From Gammaproteobacteria bacterium (GTDB lineage: Bacteria; Pseudomonadota; Gammaproteobacteria; Steroidobacterales; Steroidobacteraceae): 59,064 nucleotides of DNA. The translations under genes and the position numbers were made by a program. The notes beneath the pieces were generated by a model. The model was not told the origin of the DNA, ran no database searches, and was given only the letters and a program-made list of their open reading frames with translations. This document shows positions 52,897-59,064 of the stretch, piece after piece; position 1 is the stretch's first letter, and every line of letters begins with the position of its first letter. Location of the stretch: positions 1 through 59,064 of the forward strand of contig JAFAKO010000099.1 of NCBI GenBank assembly GCA_019235245.1, read 5' to 3'.

Positions 52897-53646
52897 CTAT
52901 TGCATGTGCTGACCGCCGTTGATGGCGATATTCGCTCCGGTGACGAAGGCCGCTTCCTCGCTGGCGAGATAAGCAACCAGGCCTGCGACCTCTTCGGGCT
53001 TCCCCAGCCGGCCCACGGGGATCTGCGGAATGATCTTGCCGTCGAGCACCTCGCGCGGGATCGCCATCACCATCCTGGTGCCGATGTAGCCCGGAGAGAT
53101 GGTGTTGACCGTGACCCCCTTGCGGGCGACTTCGAGCGCGAGTGACTTGCTGAAGCCATGCATGCCGGCTTTGGCAGCGGCGTAATTGGTCTGGCCGAAG
53201 GCGCCCTTCTGGCCGTTGACCGAGGAGATGTTGATGATGCGCCCCCAGCCGCGATCGACCATGCCGTCACAGACCTGCTTGGTCATGTTGAAGCACGAGT
53301 CGAGATCGGTGTGCATCACCGCGTCCCAGCTGGCGCGATCCATCTTACGGAAGGTCATGTCGCGGGTGATGCCGGCATTGTTGACGAGCACCTCGACCGG
53401 CCCGACCTCGTCCGTGATCCTTTTGACGCAGGCGACGCAGCTCTGCCACTGCCCCACATCGCAAGGGTAGGCGTGAAAGTCGCAGCCGCGCTCGCGCATC
53501 CTCCGCAGCCACTGCTCCGCGCGCGTGTTACTTGGCGAGCAGGTAGTGACCACCACGTAACCGAGCGCAGCGAGCTTCACGCAGATCGCCTCACCGAGCC
53601 CACCCATACCGCCTGTCACCAGTGCCACGCGCCGACCCGCAGCCAT
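52897..53646 (-). CDS. phaB: acetoacetyl-CoA reductase (SDR)
   Basis: ATG 53646. TGGMGGLG, NNAGIT, catalytic YAAAKAG, C-terminal NGGQHM. Confidence 0.85.
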   Translation of the reverse strand: MAAGRRVALVTGGMGGLGEAICVKLAALGYVVVTTCSPSNTRAEQWLRRMRERGCDFHAYPCDVGQWQSCVACVKRITDEVGPVEVLVNNAGITRDMTFRKMDRASWDAVMHTDLDSCFNMTKQVCDGMVDRGWGRIINISSVNGQKGAFGQTNYAAAKAGMHGFSKSLALEVARKGVTVNTISPGYIGTRMVMAIPREVLDGKIIPQIPVGRLGKPEEVAGLVAYLASEEAAFVTGANIAINGGQHMQ

Positions 53647-53769
53647 CTCGCTAGCTCCTTGCATGCAACTGACAGGAGCATGATGCGTGCTTTGCCGGCA
53701 CCGCTGTATCCGCAACTGCGGCCGTTCGATCGTGGAATCTACCTAGGCCTTTTCGATTAGAGTGTGGTC

Positions 53770-55632
53770 ATGCCACCTGCAGCCGGAGCACCGCCGGGCC
53801 CGCAAACCGAAGCGGCCTCCGGCACGCCCCGGCCGGTCCTCATCTACGACGGCGACTGTGCCTTCTGCGCGTACTGGGCGCGCTACTGGCAGCAGCTCAC
53901 CGGCGACCGTGTGAGCTACCGCGTCTACCAGGAAGCGGCGGCCGAGTATCCCGAGATACCGCTGAGCGACTTTCAGCGCGCCGTGCAATACCTCGCGCCC
54001 GGGCGGCGGCGAGCGAGCGCGGCCGAGGCGAGCTTCCTGACGCTGAGCCATGCGCCGGGCAAGGCGCAATGGCTGTGGCTTTATCGAAGGCTGCCGGGAT
54101 TCGCCTGGGTCGCCGAGCGCGCCTACGCCTTCATCGCCGCGCACCGCACGGCTTCCTTTCGCATCAGCCGATTGCTGTGGGGCGCGCAGTACGCGCCCCC
54201 GCGGTACGAACTCGTCTCGTTCCTCTTCCTGCGCGGCTTCGGCCTCATCTACCTCGCCGCCTTCCTTTCCTTCGCCGTGCAGGCGCAGGGCCTGATCGGC
54301 AGCCACGGCATTCAGCCGCTCACCGAGCTCACCGACGCCGCCGCTGCCAACCTCGGCCGCGGGCGTTTCTGGCAGATGCCGATGGTGTTCTGGTGGAGCA
54401 GCAGCGACCAGGCGCTGCGTCTCGTGTGCTGGGGCGGTGTAGCGGGTTCGCTGCTGCTCGCCTGCAACGTCCTGCCACGACTCGTATTGCCGCTGCTCTA
54501 CCTCCTCTATCTGTCGCTGCTCTATGCCGGGCAGACGTTCATGACCTATCAGTGGGACACATTTCTCCTCGAGACCGGCTTCCTCGCGATCGTGCTCAGC
54601 CTGGCGACCCTTCCGGGCATCTGGCTGCTGCGCTGGCTGCTGTTTCGCTTCATGTTCATGTCCGGGGTCGTGAAGCTCCTGAGCGGAGATCCCAACTGGT
54701 GGAATCTGTCCGCGCTCTCCTACCACTTCCTCACCCAGCCGTTACCGACGCCGCTCGCCTGGTACGCCGCGCGGCTGCCCGCCGGCACGCTCACCTTCGC
54801 CACCGGAGCGGTCTTTGTAGTCGAGCTCGTGCTGCCCTTCCTGATCTTCTCGCCGCGCCGGCCGCGGTTCGTGGCCGGCGTCGGCATCCTGCTCCTGGAG
54901 GCGTGCATCCTGATCACGGGCAACTACAACTGGTTCAACCTCCAGACCATGCTGCTGTGCCTGCCGCTTTTCGATGATGCGGCCCTGCGCAGAGTGCTGC
55001 CGCCGCGGCTGCTCGCTCATGTGCCGCCAGGCACTGCGCAGCCGCGCCGCAGCCGCACCCAACGGCTCCTCATCGGTGGCGTCGTGTCGCTGCTGGTGCT
55101 CTGCAGCTGCACCGAGATGGATATGCGCTTCGGCGGGCGCCCGCCGGCGCTCGCGCAATCGATCGATCGCTTCTTCGAGCCGTTCCACATCGTCAGCAGT
55201 TATGGGCTTTTCGCGATCATGACCACCAAGCGCGACGAGATCGTGATCGAAGGCTCCGCCGATGGCATCGAGTGGCGCGAATATGAGTTCCGCTACAAAC
55301 CCGGAGACCTCGCGCGAGCGCCGCCCTGGAACATCCCGCACCAGCCGCGTCTCGACTGGCAGATGTGGTTCGCGGCGCTCGATGATCCGCGCACCTTGCC
55401 GTGGTTCTGGCGCTTCCTCCAGCGCCTGCTCGAGAACGAGCCCACGGTCACCGCGCTGTTGCTTAAAAATCCCTTCCCCGAGCGGCCGCCCCGGTACCTG
55501 CGCGCGGGCTTCTTCGAATACGACTTCAGCGATGACGCGGCAAAAGCGCGCGGGCGCTGGTGGCAGCGGCGCTGGCTCGGCCTTTATTTCCCGATAGTCA
55601 GCCTGAAAGATCACGATAAGCAATCGCAATAG
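53770..55632 (+). CDS. fusion of a DCC1-like thiol-disulfide oxidoreductase (DUF393) with a lipase maturation factor (LMF) family membrane domain
   Basis: N-terminal VLIYDGDCAFCAYWARYW (DCC motif) followed by a multi-pass membrane region and a C-terminal soluble part (WNIPHQPRLDWQMWFAAL), as in the LMF family. Confidence 0.75.
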   Translation: MPPAAGAPPGPQTEAASGTPRPVLIYDGDCAFCAYWARYWQQLTGDRVSYRVYQEAAAEYPEIPLSDFQRAVQYLAPGRRRASAAEASFLTLSHAPGKAQWLWLYRRLPGFAWVAERAYAFIAAHRTASFRISRLLWGAQYAPPRYELVSFLFLRGFGLIYLAAFLSFAVQAQGLIGSHGIQPLTELTDAAAANLGRGRFWQMPMVFWWSSSDQALRLVCWGGVAGSLLLACNVLPRLVLPLLYLLYLSLLYAGQTFMTYQWDTFLLETGFLAIVLSLATLPGIWLLRWLLFRFMFMSGVVKLLSGDPNWWNLSALSYHFLTQPLPTPLAWYAARLPAGTLTFATGAVFVVELVLPFLIFSPRRPRFVAGVGILLLEACILITGNYNWFNLQTMLLCLPLFDDAALRRVLPPRLLAHVPPGTAQPRRSRTQRLLIGGVVSLLVLCSCTEMDMRFGGRPPALAQSIDRFFEPFHIVSSYGLFAIMTTKRDEIVIEGSADGIEWREYEFRYKPGDLARAPPWNIPHQPRLDWQMWFAALDDPRTLPWFWRFLQRLLENEPTVTALLLKNPFPERPPRYLRAGFFEYDFSDDAAKARGRWWQRRWLGLYFPIVSLKDHDKQSQ

Positions 55633-55746
55633 TCCGCCGGGAACTTTCGTTATCACCCCTTGAATGGCCGCCCCTGCGGCGACTGCGTACGCCGCAGTCT
55701 GCGGTAGTCGTATAATTGGGATTGGGTTGGCAACAGGAGATCCGCC

Positions 55747-56016
55747 TTGGCAGACATGGACCACACCAGCCACGGAATGCCGCAACGCGATGCCGTCGCG
55801 ATCGCAGCGCTGGCAGAAGAGACCCAGACTGATGCGACTCTCGTGCAGTGCCTCTTCGAGGAGGAACTGGAGACTCTCGAGGCGCAGTCGAGCGTCAAGA
55901 GCTTCATCGGCCTCATCGCCGCACGACGCGTCAGGGACCGCCTGAAGGCCGCGCCCAACGCACCTGCCCGTACCCAGTCGACCCCGCGCGCCGCCCGCCG
56001 CACTCCCGCTGCCTGA
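55747..56016 (+). CDS. hypothetical protein, DUF3562-like
   Basis: AGGAGA RBS 6 nt upstream of TTG 55747 (alternative ATG 55756). AIAALAEETQTD..LV...FEEEL..L......K.F..LIAARRVRD resembles DUF3562 from memory. Confidence 0.45.
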   Translation: MADMDHTSHGMPQRDAVAIAALAEETQTDATLVQCLFEEELETLEAQSSVKSFIGLIAARRVRDRLKAAPNAPARTQSTPRAARRTPAA

Positions 56017-56214
56017 TTCGCCGCGCTTTTCGCCACCGCAGTCACCTGAACTCACCTGAATCCTCCGCCGCCCCCGCCGGGGGGTTCGGCGCCCTACTGA
56101 GCCGGTTATTGAGTTAGCCGCACGACTCACTCACCATTACCCCACGGGGTCGCAAAACAACCTCAATGGCGATCTTGACGGGGCGCGGCGTGCGGCCGCT
56201 GCGAGGATGGGTGC

Positions 56215-57564
56215 ATGAGCTTTACCCTGCGTTTAGTGGCCTGCGGCGTGGCACTCGCCGTCGTGATCTGTGGCTGTCAGACCATCGAGCGCGTGGATCC
56301 ACGCAAGCGGGCGGCTGAGGAGCGCACCCAGCAGCTGCAGCGGGTGCAGCTCGAGGTGATGCGATTCGCCGACGAGTACGTTGGGCGCTCGCGCGAGGTG
56401 GTGTACCAATTCCAGAGTGGATTGACGAGCCCGGAGGAGCGCCTCGCCGCGCAGAACTGGATCGTCCAGCAGGCGAGCTCCGCCTACACGATCGCGAGCG
56501 GTGCAAATCCGGTGAGTAACGCGCTCGACATGGTGGTGCTCGCCTCGCTCAGCCGCATGGTGATCGATGACGAATGGGTGCACGGCGAGTACGGCGAGCG
56601 CGCCCGCGCCGTGCAGCAGACGCAGCAGGCACTGGAAAGCGAGGCCTGGCAGCTCGTCGATGGCATCCTGACGCCGGAGCAGAGGGGTAAGCTGCGCGAG
56701 CTCGTGATGCAATGGCGTGCGCAGCATCCCAAAGTCAAGGCGGTGGCCTACATCCATTTTCGCGACTTTGCCGAGTCCTTCGGCATCCCTGAGACCGCAG
56801 CTGCGGGAGGATCCTCGAGTCTGCTCTCGATCGTCGGCATCGATCCGCTCTCCAACCTGGATCCGGCAGTGAAGGAGATCGCGCAGACGCGACAGCTGGC
56901 CGAGCGTGCCATCTACTACATGCAGCGCACCCCGGACCTGCTCGACATGCAGGTGGGGCGTCTCACCTATCAGTTCGCGGTGATGCCAGAGAATCGCTCG
57001 CTGCTTGCGAGTGTCGACCGCGTGTCGCTGATCGGCAGCGCTTCGGATCGGCTCGTGGACGATCTGCCGCGGCTGCTAGAGCGCGAGCGCTCGGCGCTGG
57101 TCGCGCAACTCACCGCTGCCCTCAACAGCCAGAGCGCCACCCTCGGCACGCTCGCGGGGCAGCTGCGCACGGCGCTCCAGGCCGGCACCGATACCGCGAC
57201 GGCCGTGAATGGAGCGTTGCAGACCTTCGAGCGCATCAGTGGTCAGTTCGCGCCCAAGCCGGACTCTGGCCCACCGAAGCCGCCGGGGCCGCCGTTCGAC
57301 ATCCGTCACTACACCGAGATGCTCGCGCAGGCGGCTGCCACCGCCCGTGAGCTCGAGACGCTCGCGCAGCGCAGTGACGTCCTCGCACCCGCGCTGCGCT
57401 CGGCGACCCAGGATGCCGGCGCCCAGGTGCGCGGGATCATCGACCGGCTGTTCGTGCTGCTGGTCCTGCTGGTGCTGGTGATTGCGGCGGCGGCGTTGCT
57501 CGCGGCGCTCGCCTACCGGCGTCTCAGCGCTCGCTTCGAGCGGCCGGCTGCGCGGGCTTTGTAG
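56215..57564 (+). CDS. hypothetical lipoprotein with C-terminal transmembrane anchor
   Basis: Signal peptide plus lipobox (AVVICGC). Long helical Gln/Ala/Leu-rich body. C-terminal hydrophobic helix LFVLLVLLVLVIAAAALLAALA followed by basic residues. Confidence 0.55.
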   Translation: MSFTLRLVACGVALAVVICGCQTIERVDPRKRAAEERTQQLQRVQLEVMRFADEYVGRSREVVYQFQSGLTSPEERLAAQNWIVQQASSAYTIASGANPVSNALDMVVLASLSRMVIDDEWVHGEYGERARAVQQTQQALESEAWQLVDGILTPEQRGKLRELVMQWRAQHPKVKAVAYIHFRDFAESFGIPETAAAGGSSSLLSIVGIDPLSNLDPAVKEIAQTRQLAERAIYYMQRTPDLLDMQVGRLTYQFAVMPENRSLLASVDRVSLIGSASDRLVDDLPRLLERERSALVAQLTAALNSQSATLGTLAGQLRTALQAGTDTATAVNGALQTFERISGQFAPKPDSGPPKPPGPPFDIRHYTEMLAQAAATARELETLAQRSDVLAPALRSATQDAGAQVRGIIDRLFVLLVLLVLVIAAAALLAALAYRRLSARFERPAARAL

Positions 57565-57699
57565 CGAGCGGCGCGCGCACCGCGCGGATGCACGGTGGCG
57601 AGCAGGTAGAAGGGATCTCACCGCAACGGGGTTGGCGGTTGACTCACGCGGATGCTTTGGGAAGAATCCGCGCCCGGTCGTTCCGCCTCAAGGTACAAA

Positions 57700-58998
57700 A
57701 TGATGCCGTCCCTGCGCCCGCTCGCGTTGCTCCTGCCACTGTTCGCCCCGCTACCCGCGGCTCTTGCTGCCAGCACCGTCGTCACCGCAGCGCACATGAT
57801 CGATGTGCTGAACGGCAAGGTCATCGACCGGCCGCAGATCCTCATCACCGATGAGCGCATCGCCAGCGTCGGGCACCAGGGCGATCCGGTACCCGCCGAG
57901 GCCAAACGGCTCGACCTCGGAGCGCGCACGCTGCTGCCGGGCCTCATCGACATGCACGTGCACCTCACCTCGGACCCGCTCTACAGCGGCTACCGCAGGC
58001 TGCAGTTCACCGACGCGTTCTGGATGACGGTCGGGGTCGCCAACGCGCAGCGTACGCTTGCGAGCGGTTTCACCACGGTGCGCAACGTCGGCTCGAGCAA
58101 CTTCGACGACGTCGGCCTCAAGCAGGGCATCGAGAAGGGCTACATCGAGGGTCCGCGCATCGTCCCCGCCACCTACGCCATCGGCTCCACCGGCGGCCAC
58201 TGTGATGACACGCAGTTTCCTCCCTCGATCATCACGCCGAGCACGCAGATCGGTAACTCGCCGGATGAGTACCGGCGGCTCGTGCGCCGGATGCACAAGT
58301 ACGGCGCTGAGGTGATCAAGGTGTGCATGACCGGCGGTGTGCTCTCCAAGGGCGACAGCGTCGGCGCCCAGCAGCTGTCGCTGGAGGAGATCACGGCGAT
58401 CGTGGACGAGGCTCACCGGCTCGGCCTGCGGGTCGCCGTGCATGCGCACGGCACCGATGGCATCAACGACGCCCTGCGCGCCGGGGTCGATACCATCGAG
58501 CACGCGAGCCTCGCCGACTCCGCGAGCTTCCAGCTCGCGAAGAAGCGCGGCGCCTGGTTCGACATGGACATCTACAACGATGATTACATTCTGGCCGAGG
58601 GCGAGAAGAACGGCGTCTACCCGGAGAGCCTGGCCAAGGAGAAGATGATCGGCCGCAAGCAACGCGAGACGTTCCGTGCGGCGCACGCAGCCGGGGTAAA
58701 GATGCTGTTCGGTACCGATGCGGGCGTCTACCCCCACGGCGACAATGCGCGGCAGTTCGCCAAGATGGTCGAGTGGGGCATGACCCCGATGGAAGCCATC
58801 CAGGCGGCCACACGCAACGCCGCCGAGGCGCTCGATCGGACCGCGGATGTCGGCGCCATCGCGCCCGGTCGCTACGCGGATCTCATCGCCGTGGACGGCG
58901 ATCCGCTGAGCGACGTGCGGGCACTCGAGAAGGTCGCCGTCGTGATCAAGGGTGGTCGGCTGGTCAAGGGCAGCGCGGCCCCGACGAGCAACCCATAA
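57700..58998 (+). CDS. exported amidohydrolase-family protein (Xaa-Pro dipeptidase / imidazolonepropionase-like)
   Basis: ATG 57700 gives a signal peptide. PGLIDMHVHL metal motif, VAVHAHG, GTDAG. Confidence 0.85.
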   Translation: MMPSLRPLALLLPLFAPLPAALAASTVVTAAHMIDVLNGKVIDRPQILITDERIASVGHQGDPVPAEAKRLDLGARTLLPGLIDMHVHLTSDPLYSGYRRLQFTDAFWMTVGVANAQRTLASGFTTVRNVGSSNFDDVGLKQGIEKGYIEGPRIVPATYAIGSTGGHCDDTQFPPSIITPSTQIGNSPDEYRRLVRRMHKYGAEVIKVCMTGGVLSKGDSVGAQQLSLEEITAIVDEAHRLGLRVAVHAHGTDGINDALRAGVDTIEHASLADSASFQLAKKRGAWFDMDIYNDDYILAEGEKNGVYPESLAKEKMIGRKQRETFRAAHAAGVKMLFGTDAGVYPHGDNARQFAKMVEWGMTPMEAIQAATRNAAEALDRTADVGAIAPGRYADLIAVDGDPLSDVRALEKVAVVIKGGRLVKGSAAPTSNP

Positions 58999-59021
58999 AG
59001 ACTGGGCACGGCTCGCAAAAG

Positions 59022-59043
59022 GCCCGGACGTCGCCGTCCGGGC
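59022..59043 (+). terminator. stem-loop downstream of the amidohydrolase gene
   Basis: GCCCGGACG, loop TCGC, CGTCCGGGC: a perfect 9-bp stem followed by TCCTTG (weak U-tract). Confidence 0.5.
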
Positions 59044-59064
59044 TCCTTGCCGCGATTGCGCGAC

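Noticed and set aside
54742-56130. 462-aa minus-strand ORF covering the end of the LMF-fusion gene and the DUF3562-like gene
   Set aside because: Arg/Gly/Ala-rich with no motifs. It crosses an intergenic region that holds a good promoter and RBS for the plus-strand gene. Shadow ORF.

Overview
This is a GC-rich chromosomal segment (third codon positions are dominated by G/C). Its gene content fits an environmental proteobacterium, but I cannot assign a taxon from sequence alone. I call about 61 densely packed protein-coding genes. I recognise no rRNA, tRNA, CRISPR array, integrase, transposase or phage genes. The six-frame track is full of long antisense or extended 'shadow' ORFs, which is typical of high-GC DNA. 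I moved many starts downstream to signal peptides, RBSs or conserved N-termini.

Gene content falls into three groups:
- Exported hydrolases: amidohydrolases, an S9 peptidase, a DmpA/S58 peptidase, esterases/lipases and a beta-helix lipoprotein.
- Small-molecule metabolism: metY plus a CoA-binding protein, two PLP dehydratases (one coupled to ridA), dgcN-dgcA, panE, phaB, PPK2, and an AbgB-like hydrolase next to a BT1-like MFS transporter.
- A notable concentration of stress and redox genes: a KGG-repeat protein, OsmC, a ferritin-like protein, and the run msrB-pirin-LEA_2-HAD-trxC.

Leads worth a second look:
1. A 13-bp unit with a palindromic TGCGCA core repeats ten times in exact register, in the divergent promoter region upstream of an exported YXWGXW-repeat protein / methyltransferase operon. 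A second array with an 11-bp period has the same architecture upstream of a lipoprotein hydrolase.
2. An AmmeMemoRadiSam three-gene set (function unknown) has its amrB-amrA genes apparently co-transcribed with an MMPL exporter. Its radical SAM gene is convergent, with only 3 nt between the stop codons.
3. A PadR-family regulator is translationally coupled to a membrane protein with a TonB-like C-terminal domain, with a possible leaderless promoter.
4. A duplicated 21-bp palindromic operator overlaps the start of an ArsR-family gene.

I see no clear-cut defence or mobile system. All functional proposals are hypotheses that need HMM or comparative searches I cannot run here.
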